Positions 24,846 through 37,218 of a stretch of 64,000 nt of DNA are shown here, piece by piece. A program made the position numbers and the translations under genes. The notes under the pieces are model-generated. The model worked only from the letters and a program-made list of their open reading frames with translations, made no database searches and was not told where the DNA came from. Positions within the stretch are counted from its first letter, which is position 1. Each line of letters starts with the position of its first letter. Source of the stretch: Vicugna vicugna (Eukaryota). The stretch lies in NCBI GenBank assembly GCA_013265495.1, contig MU058645.1:124001-188000 (forward strand). Direction: 5' to 3'.

Positions 24846-25285
24846 AGAGATTATCATACTAAGTAAAGGAAGTGAGACAGAGAAAGACAAATATATAATG
24901 CCATTTACATGTAGAACCTAAAAAATGATACAAATTAATTTCTTTACAAAACAGAAACAGACTCATAGACATGGAAATCAAACTTATGGTTACCAAAGGG
25001 GAAAAAGGGGCATGAGGGATAAATTCTGAGTGGGATTAACAGATACACACTACTGTATATAAAATAGATAGACAACAGGGACCTACTGTATAGCACAGGG
25101 TACTGTATTAAATATCTTATAATAACCTATAGTTAAAAAGAATCTGAAAAAGAATATACATCTGTGTATATATGTGTGTGTGTGTGTATGTGTGTGCATA
25201 TATATATATGTATATAAATGAATCACTATACTGTACACCAGAAATTGACACAACATTGTAAACCAACAATACTTCAGTTAAAAAA
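24846..25285 (+). mobile_element. Cetartiodactyl-type L1 3' end
   Basis: acaaaacagaaacagactcatagacatggaaatcaaacttatggttaccaaagggg...gacctactgtatagcacaggg...cacaacattgtaaaccaac; internal (TG/TA)n. Confidence 0.85.
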
Positions 25286-26032
25286 TTGGAATCTGTTTCC
25301 CTTTAGTCTTACTTTCCTACCACAATAATATATTTCAATTCATTCTAAACACTTTTTTTCCCAAGTATATTTATGGTCTACACAGTTAAAAGTTTGAAAG
25401 AATAGCTGTTTGTTTTGACACATTTCCCTCAGGACCTTTTGAACACTTACGTTCAGGTCATAAAAATGATTTAAAATGCCATTTTCAGAAGACAATGTGG
25501 TGGCAGTGCAGTGTTCTCACTTTGTTTGGGCAATACGTTAGTGTGCGTAAGTGCATCAACAGATGACTGCACAGTGTGGAGGGACGCTAGGGAGACGGAC
25601 TCCATCACAGTCAACCGAAGCTGTGTCTCTGGCCCTGTGTGTTTTCTGAATGGCGCTCAGACCTTTTTGGTCCCTTTAAGAGAGAAAAATACACCTGTTT
25701 CGTCCAGTTGCCTTTTCCTGCTCCGTGTCATTCTGACCTCGGCTGAGACCCACCTGCATGCTGGTTTGCTGTCACAGTCACTGTACTTGGTTGTGTAATT
25801 GTTAAGGGCACATAAAGGATCGGCCTTGGAAGTGGGACTAAAGTTGGACTTTTTTAATGAAAAAGCAGTGAGAGGAAATAAATATTCTATGCGATCCTGT
25901 GGGGTGTAATGTGGTTTTTATTGCCAAAAATTGGGAGTAATCACATTACTCGTGTGGCACAGACGTGAGTGAGCTGGGAAGATCTTTTCTATCAAGAAGC
26001 TGTGAAACCTGCTCAGCACTGTCCCCACTCAC

Positions 26033-26161
26033 CTGGGTTTTCATTTGTGATGATTGGAATCTCCAGTCTGTTTTGGATTTCCTCTTTATTCTTCTTTTTA
26101 AAAGTCAGTGAATAACAGAACGTATAGGCTTTTCCTTGATGATGTGATGAAGAGGATATGA
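26033..26161 (-). other. Candidate 129-nt exon
   Basis: Acceptor cttacactcctgggcttccccAG (26162-26163), donor CAG|GTGAGT (26032); one open frame (ISSSSHHQGKAYTFCYSLTFKKKNKEEIQNRLEIPIITNENP). Confidence 0.25.
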
Positions 26162-26539
26162 CTGGGGAAGCCCAGGAGTGTAAGGTTGCTTTACGTAGTA
26201 AGAGTTCACACAGTACATTGGAAACACGATGGAGAAGAAAAACTCTTTAAGGTCACAGGGATTGGCCGTGCAGTGATCTTTTTATGATGATTAAGAAAGG
26301 CCTGAAACCACTGGAAAAGCCGCCTGCACCACTGATCAGCTCCCTGTGGAAAGTGCCTGTTCTGTTGGGTTAAGAAGGGGGTTGAGGTCAGGACTGGATT
26401 CTTGGCAGGATGATTCTGAGTCCTCAGTAAAGGTGTGTAGGCAACAGAGAAATTTAAAAAAAAATAAAGTTTAATAGAGGGTAATGCTACGACTCTATCA
26501 GCTAGAGAAAAAATGACACAGTGCAAATGATTCAGAGTG

Positions 26540-27440
26540 GGATGCCATCGGCTTCCTTCAGGTCATGAGCGAGTATCAGGGCTTGGGTTTACACTCCTGT
26601 CTTGGACAACCAGGATACCACAGTATATATTAAAATTATTTTCAGAGATTGGAAGTAGACACTGTCAGTCAGTGACCCCGCAGTGAAGGGAAGTGAATGT
26701 GGTCGGCCCCAGAGCCGACCCAGCTCACTACCTGGGGAGAACTTCCAGGCAGCAGGACAGGGCAAGGGAACCATCCGTGCATGGCCTCGGGGCCTCCTGG
26801 AGGTGAAGGAGCAGAATTTGTAACTGGAATTCTAGAAAACGGAGGATGCAGAAAGGCATATGAAGGAATATAGCCAATTTTTCTCAAAATTAATAAAAGC
26901 TATAAATACACAGATTCAAAAAGTTCAATGAACCATAAGGAGCAGAAACATGAAGAAAAATACAAGGCTGATCACAAGCAAACTGCATAAAGCCGATGGG
27001 AAAAGAACTGTTAAAAAACAGTCCAAAAAGATACTTATGCTCAGAAGAAAAAGGAAAGTAACACAGGAGACTTCTTGCCAAAACCAGTGCTCGTTAGAAG
27101 ACTGTGGATGAACACATTGCTGGTAAAATAAGAGGACAAATATTGAAATTCTATACCCAGTTATTTTTTAATAACAGCAAAATTAATTTTTTGATTTACA
27201 AAGGATGAAAAAATTCATCACCAGCAACCAAAGAAATACTAAATCATTCAATCAAAAGAAAATTGTACATGGATCTTCACAAAGGAACTGAGGGCACCAG
27301 GAATGCTAAGTGTGGGCAATAAGGAAGGCTTATCTTCTATTTTACATTCATTTAAAAAACAACAGGAATGCTTCAAATTAATCACCTAAGCTCCCACTTC
27401 AAGAAACTAGAAAGTGCATAACAAATTAAACTCAAAACAG
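26540..27440 (+). mobile_element. Old L1M/HAL1 ORF1 region relic
   Basis: tgtaactggaattctagaa, cacagattcaaaaagttcaatgaacc, gaaattctatacccag, aattcatcaccagca, cccacttcaagaaactagaaa. Confidence 0.6.
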
Positions 27441-27912
27441 AGAATGTTGTAGAATATTTAATTTATTCCAAAAATTATAATATCAAATATTATTCTGATC
27501 ACGTGACCATGCCATAAAGCATCGTCCAGTGGGTCACAAACTCTGACTTCTCTCTGTATTGAAGGACCAGAAAGTCAGTCATAAGGCAGAGAGTGAGGTG
27601 AGTACTCACAAAGTCACGCTTGGAAAGTAATTGGTGTTTCACTATGTTCTTTTTTTGGAACAGAGATAAGAGCCTTTCCATAACAATGCTCCTTCAAAAA
27701 AAAGACAATATTCCAAAAATATACCTATGTAGAGGGAAAAAAATCCTCCACATGTTTTGTTAAACTGGTATAAGAGTAATGGAAATTTCTCTTGACCCGC
27801 AATTTGCACTAACGTGCAGAATTTTCCATGGTCACATCTCTGAATGACCACGTTTCCTATGGCCAGCAGCTGACATAAAGCAAAGCGGTGGCCTTGCTGA
27901 AGGTAACATCCC
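27440..27912 (+). repeat. Left arm of a long degenerate inverted repeat
   Basis: Aligns collinearly to the reverse complement of 31168-31670; exact anchors include cttggaaagtaat, gtcagtcataag, atgttttgttaa and actatgttct. Confidence 0.9.
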
Positions 27913-29192
27913 CGCTTTCAAGGAGCCGTGAGAAACCAAGACAGTCCGGGAAACGCATCGCACGTAAGCACACTGACAAGGAAGTGAGAGCGTTCATCTG
28001 CAACAACCCACCAGATGCTGCCATGATACCCTGTCAGCGGGGCTCACTTAATTCCATCAGAGCCGTTCTGACAGGGAGGCAGTTTGGTCTTGTAACTGTC
28101 AACAACACTTCTGTATTGGCAGGCTCAGCAGGAGTCATTTTTCAGTCTCTTTTCTTCTATCTTCTTCAGACTCACATGATCTCACAGAGGCAGTGAAGGA
28201 CTAATCAATAAATCAGCATAAAGTCCTAACCAAGGCCAGCCACGCGAGAGCCGGCCCGTTTTGTGGTCGTAGACAGCGTCCCGCAGGGACAGCGCGGGAG
28301 GAACGGTGCTTCCGACACGGTGCTGCTCACGCTGCTTGATCTCTGCTTCGTCATGGGGGCCGGGGTAGGACTTACAAACTTTCCTTATTCATTTATTTGT
28401 TTTAAACTCGAGATTGTGTGACTAAATGTGTTGTATTCTTCCCTTAAACCTGAAGAACTTCTCACTATTTCTCTAAGTGTTGAAAGCAATGTTCTCGGAA
28501 GCTGAAAACTTTAAAAGTTCAAACAGATCAACGTGCGGACGTGGCTGAACCAACCACAAGACTCCAGTTGTGAAGGAAGAGAACTGACGGACTGAAGCAT
28601 CAGGAATACAACCGTTCGACTGGATTTGCACTTAAAACAATTTTGGTGCAGAATATGTCAGAAAGTTTCTCTGAAACAAGATTCGCTCTTTTGAAGAGTT
28701 AGCTTTTTTAGAAAGTTTTAAATTTGAAATAGTTTATTCGAAAGAAGTTGCAAGAAAAAAACAGCTTTTCCATATAACTTCCGCCAAGCATCCTCCAATG
28801 ATAACATTGTGCAAGACCGTGGTACATTGTCAGAGGCAGTAATTTGACATGGACACAACACTAACATACAGTCTCCTCTCTGCACACTGTGGGCTCTGGA
28901 ACTGTCTCCATCATTGTGATTTTGTCATTTAAAGAATGTTATAAAGATTTAGTGATCAACTGTAACTACTATTTATCAGCTTTACAGAGACATTGACACA
29001 TCAAATCCACCCACTTAAGAGTATACTGTTCAATGCATTTTAGTATTTTCACAGAGTTGTGTAACTATCCCCACAATCTAATTCTGAAACATTTTCACCT
29101 TCCCCACAAAAAACCCGTCCGCATTATAGTCACTTCCCATTCCCCCAACCTCAAAGCTCACACAGCATTAGATGGTCAAGGGTCTACCTGCT

Positions 29193-29589
29193 GACCACAT
29201 GGTGTCGCTCACATGTGGAATCTAAGATAAGAAATAAAAAGGATACTGTGAACTCATCTACAAGGCAGAGACAGACCTGCAGACTTAGTAAACAATCTTA
29301 TGGTTACCGGGGAAAGGGTGTGGGGAGGGATAAATTTGGGAGTTTGAGATTTACAAATGTTAGCCCCTATATATATAAAAATAGATTAAAAAAAGCTTCT
29401 TCTGTATAGCACAAGGAACTATGTTTAATATCTTGTAATAACCTTTAATGAAAAAGAATATGAAAACAAATATATGTATGTATATGCATGGCTGGGACAT
29501 TGTGCTGTACACCAGAGATTGACACATTGTAATTGATAGTACCTCAATAAAAAGTGAAATAAAATAAATCAAATTAAAAAATTTGAAAA
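29193..29589 (+). mobile_element. Nested younger L1 3' end
   Basis: 3'UTR motifs and A-rich tail; ~15-bp TSD aagggtctacctgct (29178-29192) / aagaatctacctgct (29590-29604). Confidence 0.85.
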
Positions 29590-30632
29590 AAGAATCTACC
29601 TGCTACTTTCTGTCTCTGGAGACTTTTCGGTTTTAGGTATTTCATACACACAGAATTATACAGTATGGGATCTTCTGGGACTGGTTTCTTTCACTTAAGA
29701 TAATAATGGCATCAAAATTCATATTTTAGCATGCTGCAGAATTTCATTCCTTTGTATTTCTGAATAATATTCTGTTATATGGATATACCATATTTTATTT
29801 ATTGGTTCATCATTTGGTGGAAATGGGTTGTTTAGTTTTTGACTATCATGGATACTGCTGCTGGGAAGCACTGTTGTCACATTTGTCTGTACGTTAGCCC
29901 CCATGGTGTCACATGGTAACTCTGTATGTGTGCACAGGTCACACCTTGCTCAGCTTTGCACTGCGGGTGTTGAGATGTTTTCATTCTTCTATTGTAAATA
30001 CCCAGGGATGGAATTGTTGGGTCACACAGTATATATTTAATCCTGTAGGAAATTGCCAAACTGTTCCCAGAGTATCCACAGTGACTTCACATTCTCCTAA
30101 GTGGTACAAGGAGATCCAGTTGCCCCACATCTCCATCATAAATTTGTATTGTCACTACATGTATATACAATTTTAATCCTTCTTCCAGAATGAGTGGGAT
30201 CTCATCGTGGCTTCAATTTGCCTTTCCCTGATGGACAACGATGTTAACAGCTTTCATGTGAGTATTTGCTATTGCATATTCTCCTCCCTGAAGTGTCTTT
30301 CAAGTCTTTTGCTCACGTTCTAACTGAATTGTTTATTTTTCACTAGAACATTTCAAAAATACTTTATAATTATGGAAACAAACCCTTTGTCAGTTACATG
30401 ATTTGCTGCTATTTCTGTCCCAGTCTGTGGTTTGCCTTTTCTCCTTTTCACAAGGTCTTCCACAAAGCCACTGATTTTAATTTTGGCGAAGTGCAATTTG
30501 TTGATTGTGCTTTTAATGGATTGTGCTCTCGGTGTCATGTCTAAGAACTCTGCCTAACCATAGGTCGCAATGGTTTTCTCCAGTGTTTTCCAGAATTATA
30601 ATTACGCACTTTACGTCTGGATCTATAGGTTA

Positions 30633-30696
30633 TTTTATTGAAGTGCAGTCGATTTACAACGCTGTGTTAATCCCTGGTGTACAGCATAGTGATTCC
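30633..30696 (-). mobile_element. Ultra-short (64 bp) L1 3'-terminal insertion
   Basis: ttttattgaagtgcagtcgatttacaacgctgtgttaatccctggtgtacagcatagtgattcc flanked by 8-bp TSD ataggtta. Confidence 0.8.
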
Positions 30697-31122
30697 ATAG
30701 GTTAATTTTTAAAAATAAAACGTGAGCTTCAGTGAGGATTATTGCTTGTTTGCTTTGTCTACAGATGTCCATTTTTTCCAACATGATTTGTTTAAGATTA
30801 ACTTCTCTATTAAATAGCTTCTGCCACTTGGTTTGAAAATCAGTTGTGCTCAACTATTTCTGAGCCTTGTAATCCTGGAAAAGAGAAAAGGCTAAGAAAT
30901 CCCTTCAACTTTTGTGTTCTCGGAAGACGGATGTCTTACCTGAGGCCCCCGAGGCAGCAGCGCTGTGCCGGCCCGGGCTGAGTCAGCCAGAGTGCAGGGG
31001 AACCTTCACCAAAGCTGAGCTCACAGGCATTCTCTTCCCATGCATCAGTGGGGACAAACAGTTCAGCTAATTATTCATAACAAAAAGTGAGGATTTAGAG
31101 GGTCTGTTTCCAGCCTGTCCGA

Positions 31123-31137
31123 GGTAACCATGGCAGC
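31123..31137. promoter_or_regulatory. RFX X-box motif
   Basis: GGTAACCATGGCAGC is close to the palindromic X-box consensus GTTGCCATGGCAAC; it lies ~190 bp upstream of a minus-strand donor CAG|GTAAGA at 30940/30939. Confidence 0.5.
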
Positions 31138-31167
31138 GTCCCTAGGGCTTTCCTAAGGCACAGGGCA

Positions 31168-31670
31168 GAGGATGTTTCCTTTAACAAAGCCACTGCTACG
31201 CTTACAGCAGCTGTTTTCTGTAAGAAGTGCAGATATCATCAGAGGTGTGACAACTGAAAATTCTGAGTTTTAGCTCAGATTTTTGGCCCAAAGAAATTGT
31301 CATTGCTCCTATACCAGGTTAACAAAACATAGATGAAATGTCTCACTATACACATGTGTATTATGGAGTATTGCGTGTTTTTTTTTTTGAAGGGGCATTT
31401 TTATGGAAAACTTCCAAAGATGGGGGAAATACGTCCTCTCCAAAAGAGGAGAACATAGTTAAAAACTGATTACTTTCCAAGTGCGATTCGGTAACTGCTC
31501 ACTCCTTATCTTATGACTGACCTCCAGGTCCTTTAATAATAGGGAAGTAATAGGTACCAAGCTACTGGACTCTGTTTACAGAATGGTCTCACCATCAAAA
31601 TAATGCTAGTATTAAGGTAGCTATGATTTTTCTTTTGGAATGAACTAGATATCCTTCTATGATATTCCTC
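31168..31670 (-). repeat. Right arm of the long degenerate inverted repeat
   Basis: Reverse complement aligns to 27440-27912 (attactttccaag 31469-31481, cttatgactgac 31510-31521, ttaacaaaacat 31319-31330). Confidence 0.9.
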
Positions 31671-31959
31671 ACTGATAAAATATTTATTAAAACACATATT
31701 TATCAAAATGCTGTTATAATAGAAAAAATAGATAATTGAAGCTAGTCAATTGGAGACTAAACTATATTAACGATGGTGTATCTAGAATATTGTATTGCCA
31801 TAAAAATGAGATAGAAAAGCATGTACTGATACAGAAAATTTCCATTCTGTAATTTCAGTGATGCACAAAGGTGAATAATTATCATTCGTTTTCTCTAAGT
31901 AAATAAGAATATATACATTTTTTTTCCAGAAAGAAATAAAATAAAGACATACAGGCAGT

Positions 31960-32500
31960 ATTTAAAACAAGTGAATGCGATCACCTGGAGATAAGCAATC
32001 TGGTAGGAATGGAGGAAAGCTCAGGACAGGGCTGGACAGAAAGTAAGAAACTAATGAGTGAACTGGGCAGAGATCAACCTGCAAGGATGGGAGGAAAACT
32101 GCGAAAATGTATCATGAAACCCAAGAGCAGCGACCAGTTCCAGAAGGAGGCTATTTTACTTGCTGCTGAGTTTTCAGACCTTGAGGGGACGCAGCGGCCA
32201 CTGGGCCCGAGTGCAGAGACGTCGCTGGAACGACTGGCCAGCAGGCCTCCCTAGGCGGCAAGGCCATCGCGAACTGGAGAGCGACTCAGGGAGGCAGCAA
32301 ATGAACGAGCGAGTGACAAAGCTTCAAAAGTCTGCTTGTTAGAGAAAAAGAAAAACTGGTAGGACAGTAATCGGAGAGAGACGTCAAGTAGGAAAAAGAG
32401 GCTTCTTAGCTTCCGTGAGACATTCTAAACTACGTCTGCACATTCAAGGGAAAGAAATGAGAAAAGGAAAACAGCTTCACTAGGTAGGAGAGGAGCCAGG
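31960..32500 (-). mobile_element. L2 fragment
   Basis: gtgaatgcgatcacctggaga...ggaggaaaactgcgaaaatgtatcatgaaacccaagag, antisense L2 pattern. Confidence 0.6.
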
Positions 32501-32524
32501 AGCAAAGGAGCAGGACTGTGACTC

Positions 32525-32998
32525 TGCGGTGGCAGAACAGTGGTCCCGGGGACAGGCACACCCCCAGCCCTGGGCCCTGTGGATCTGCTACTTACAAAGG
32601 TAATTAGGTAAAGGGCCTCGAGATGCTGTGATCACACCAGACTATCTAGGTAGATAAAACGTAATAAAGATCCTTACAAGGGAAAGGGTGGCCGGAGAAG
32701 CAGCGTCACAGGAGACGTGATGAGGGAAGCAGAGTTCAGTCGGAGGCTGTTACCCCTGGCTTTGAGGATGAAAAGCAGCCAAGAGTCATAAACCAAGGAA
32801 CGTGGTTGCCACAGAGGGGAAGTAGGCAAGGAAACGGGTTCTCCCCAGAGCCTCTACAGGAAACGCCTCCCGTCTTGAGTTTGGCCTCCTGAGACCCACC
32901 TTGGACTTCTGCCATCCCCAAATCATAAGATAATAAATTGTGTTCTTTCAAGACACTACATTTGCATAACTTGTTGCAGTAAATAGGAGGCTAAGACA
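32525..32998 (+). mobile_element. MaLR LTR (MLT1C/D-like)
   Basis: Begins tgcggtggcagaacagtggtccc; contains ggcaaggaaacgggttctccccagagcctc and taagataataaattgtgttc; ends ctaagaca. Confidence 0.85.
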
Positions 32999-33929
32999 GC
33001 ATCTATCTGGTCTACCTTTCCTGAATTTTCCACGTCTGAAATGTGTTTGAGGTGTTGGAAATTATTTCTTCTGGACATATTTATTTATAATACAGTTTCA
33101 TTAAAAGTGCAGTTTATTCTTATTGACAAAGTTGCTTTTGCTTACATATAAAGACAATATTTAATTGTCTATAATGTTTAGGTTAAAATCAAAATATTTG
33201 AATTACATTATCTATAATGCCATTAAAATATCTTGCAGTCAGGTCAACAATTACCAGTATAAATGCACAGGTTTTCTTGCCTCTCATATGTTATTTAAAT
33301 ATTGCAAAGTTGATATTTATTTGTTTTCTTTTTCTTGTCTGCCAAAGTTAATCTTCAAGAACAAAGTCTTGAGAAATTCCTGATAACACAGACTCACGAG
33401 GGCAGGAACTCCCAGGAGTGATGCTCGCTGTGCCTCTGTAGCATCTTCGGCATTGCTGGTGGTCTTCAGGGTTTCGTCTTGGGTGGGCCATCATGTCTTA
33501 CCCTTTCAGCTTACAGACAACATTGATGAAAGTGTCCCTGACAGCAAGTCCCTACCAACAAGGGAGAAGCCCTTGTCTTCTCTGGGGCACAGTTTTCCTG
33601 ACACTGGTGTGGAGAAGTAATTGTTCCCCTGTTTGAGTTTCCGTATACAGTATGTATCCCACTAATATAGAAAATTTCATAATGTATAATAGTTATTAAT
33701 TTACATTATTTTTTTACCTAAAGGATGAACCAAGGATAGGAATATTGCATAATTGACTTTTTATTTCTAGCTCTAAGCGCAGTAACTAATATATACTAGG
33801 CAGGTAACAGAACATCAAACTGAATATAAGGCAGTGTTTTCTACAACTTTGCCATAGTTTGTACATTTGAGCTTTAGCTCGATCTCAATAGAATCTCTGA
33901 AGTTACGACAATGGAAAACATGTGAAAGC

Positions 33930-34090
33930 TGTCATATTGTGTAGCTTTGGTTGATATTAAGTCTATCTTTGGCTCAATTTTTGCACCTGTAAGAAAAAGG
34001 TAATAAAAGTAAGAACCTTGTGTGGTCATTTTGAATATTGTATAAGACACTGCAAATGAAAGTCTTCACGCAGTGCTTAACATAGCTTGC
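33930..34090 (+). mobile_element. MIR fragment
   Basis: tgtgtagctttggttgatattaagtctatctttggctcaatttttgcacctgtaaga...cagtgcttaacatag. Confidence 0.55.
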
Positions 34091-36672
34091 CTTCAGAAAA
34101 AGATAGCCCAAATCATAACCATCCTGCAAAATCATGATCTCAGAGCTACTGAATGTTGATACTGTTAGACCTCATTTTCTCAAATGGAATACTGAAGAAC
34201 GAAGTAAGCTGTATTGCCTCTCACTGTTTATATTAGGTACTTAATTGAAGGCAACCAATAAAGTATGGATAATTTCTGAAGAGGAATATATTAAAAGGAT
34301 ATTAAGTGATTCACAGATCCTCTAGGAAATCTGATGAACCAAATTTGGAGGCTACATATGGAAAGATAATACTCAAAATCAAGTCAGTGCAATACTGGCC
34401 GGAGACATAACTTGTGCTACCAGATTCATCCCACCAACCATGGCCAACACAATTGACCCACCCGGTTGTCACTTCTAGTGCCCGGAAGTAACTGCTGTTG
34501 CTATTACCACCTACCACAAGAACAGGTTCTGCTCAGTCCACACTGCTTATGACCGAAGGTGTGGGGCCAGCACGTCCAGGTGAAGAACCCTCGGTCATGC
34601 GTCCTGCCTTGACTGCAGGAGAGCCTTAGAAATGACTTTAGTGTGTGTGTTTTTTATGGGCGGAGATAAAGTTTTGTTTCCTACAATGTAATTTCCCAGT
34701 CATAGAAAGGTAAATCCTAAGTTGAACAGCAAAAGTAAATGCGGACAGTCTTTTGTCTTAGCATGCGTTAATACGTAGAATTCATGGGATTACAAAGAAA
34801 GGACAACTACATTTTGAAAACAGACTATCTTGAGTTTAATCAGACATCAGATGTAACACCTCTAAAGAGCTTTTCATCAGTAGACTAGCCCTTACCTTCT
34901 TAAAAACCAAGGTGGTTTTTCCTCCTTTCTCCCTGGTACAAATGTTTACAGTCCTGTTTTTTTTTTTTTTCCTGCTCTTGGACTGGGACTGGGGTGCAGA
35001 GTCCCGAGTGACGGCCAAGACGTGTGTGCGGTGACTGCTGGCTGCTTGCGGCCGGTGAGTGGCTTAGACGCGCACTCCTGTTCAAGCCAATTCTAAAATC
35101 CCAGGGGGGGATCTGAAAACCAATTTTGCATTTGGATTGTGATTATTGTATTTCCTCTTTTGTTCTGTCGTCGAATTGTCCTCAGATTTCACTCAGAACA
35201 TAACTAAAACCTACCTGTGTCTCCTACCGAACGCGCATGGAGCTTCAACAAACACTAGGCAGTCGAACTGAGCCTTCTCTTGTATAATTTTTTAAAGCAA
35301 TTCCTTAAATTTTATTGCTTGCCTTTTGTACTTCCCAGGGGCATCTTCTCAAATGTTGTTCCAAAGAAATAATGTTTCTAGTTTGAACATGGTGAATGTG
35401 TAACTAGAATAGATGTGAAATTCTGGACAAGAAGAATTTCTCATGAGTGTTTCACAAGTAATATAACGAATTCTCACTATAGTGTCCATAAAAAAATCAA
35501 GTTTCTTATTATGGTAACAGATTCTAATTCACCCAGTTGGAATAATCAGAGGAAGCACCATATTCAAATATGTGTGTATATAAATATTCATATTATACAG
35601 TTTATTAGTTGCACCCTATGTCACTAAACCCAGGGGTACAGTAACATAACTTAAAATACATATTCCACATCTCAATATTTAAACATTTAAAGTCATTATG
35701 AAATATATGTTAATATAACTTTCTCTTGCAATTGTCATGTGTGTATACATAAGATATAAAAATTATTTTGTTAAATATAAGAAATATATTCTTCTATGAG
35801 AATAAAACTGCTTTCTAGTCCATAAATATCAAGAACATATTAGATGTCAATGTTTGGCAGATTAAATTCATTCCTAACGAGTTAACATTTAAAGCAAAGA
35901 CTGAAAGATCCTTGCATAATATACTGGCCAGAAGCAAAAATGAGTCGTGAGCTTACAGGGAAAGAAAGCCCTGCAGCCGATGTTTCTCCAGGAGTTTACG
36001 CCAATTTCTGGGGACTTAAAATACAAATTTAAGAAGCCATTACCAGAGACAGGCAGCAGATACGAATCCCTGAGTATGGCAGGAAATTGCATCGAAGAAA
36101 ACCCGTTTCACATGAGGACTTCTGATAGGCATCTCATTCAGTAGATAAAAGAGGAAAAATCTGGAGCTCGCATGAGAGCCAAACGTTTAGTTTATGTCAG
36201 TCTTGGATTGGGATTGCCTCCTGGCTCCCTAAGGAAGAAAAAAAAGTGAAAGAGACTGTGCGCACACACCACACAGGGAGAAAGAGACACACACATATTC
36301 AGAAGAAATGCATTTTATATCCAGGACTCAAAGGTTTCTTACTGAAAAGGATAAATGCTCTCAAACCAAGTATACGAAATATGAAATAAAAGAAGCCACA
36401 ATTATTTTGATATACCAGAAAGAAATCACAAATGTAGGTGTACAATGGCTATTGATATTAGAGCTGCCATATATAATATATAAAATAAATATATTTGATA
36501 TATTGAAAGAAACAAAATTGACTAAAAATATAATGGACAACAGGATATAATCTGTGACAATAAATTTAAATATGAAATAAACAGCAACTCTAGAGTGAAA
36601 ATTACAATAGAAATTAAGTGGCCATGCACCAAAATAAACATGAGAATGAAAGATCTGAAAAATTATATAGAT

Positions 36673-36812
36673 TTGTTTTTTAATTTTGTGGGGGGTAGGT
36701 AATTAGGTTTATTTATTTTATTTACTTATTTCTTAGTGGGGGTACCGGGGATTGAACCCAGGACCTTGTGTATGCTAAGCAGGCACTCTACCACTGAGCT
36801 ATACCCTCCTCC
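36673..36812 (-). mobile_element. tRNA-Ala-derived SINE (camelid vic-1 type)
   Basis: Minus strand ggaggagggtatagctcagtggtagagtgcctgcttagcatacacaaggtcctgggttcaatccccggtacc, with Pol III A and B boxes, a (TAAA)n-like tail and TSD tatagat (36666-36672 / 36813-36819). Confidence 0.9.
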
Positions 36813-36879
36813 TATAGATGGTTTGAAGAAATTATACTAGAAATATTCTGTAGAAGAGAGGGGAAACATTTTAAAGAAA

Positions 36880-37218
36880 TTTTTTTCTTTACATTAATGT
36901 TTATATCAAGTTTATTTTTTAAAAATAAAGTACAATGTATCAATTTCTGATGTAGAGCATAATGTCCCAGTCACACACATATACACATATATTAGTTTTC
37001 ATATTCTTTTTCATTAAAGGTTAGTACAAGATATTGAATATAGTTCCTTGTGCTCTACAGAAGAAATTTGTTTTTTATTTATTTTTATGTATAGTGGTTA
37101 ACATTTGCAAATCTCAAACACCCAAATTTATCCCTTCCCATCTCTTTTCCCCTGGTAACCATAAGTTTGTTTACTATGTTTGCAAGTCTGTTTCTGTTTT
37201 ATAGTTGAGCTCATTAGT
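36880..37218 (-). mobile_element. L1 3' end (camelid/cetartiodactyl type)
   Basis: Antisense 3'UTR nearly matching the plus-strand copy at 29193-29589. Confidence 0.85.

Larger units (their letters stand above)
28700..30860 (-). mobile_element. Old L1M 3' fragments with younger nested inserts
   Basis: tttagtattttcacagagttgtgtaactatccccacaatctaattctgaaaacattttc, ctggtttctttcacttaag, tcatgtctaagaactctgcctaacc. Confidence 0.8.

Noticed and set aside
23550..25285. Head-to-head L1 pieces as one twin-primed insertion
   Set aside because: Each piece has its own, different 3' end, so they are two independent insertions.
36740..36812. tRNA-Ala-like sequence
   Set aside because: Followed by a SINE body and tail and flanked by a TSD, so it is a SINE head rather than a tRNA gene.
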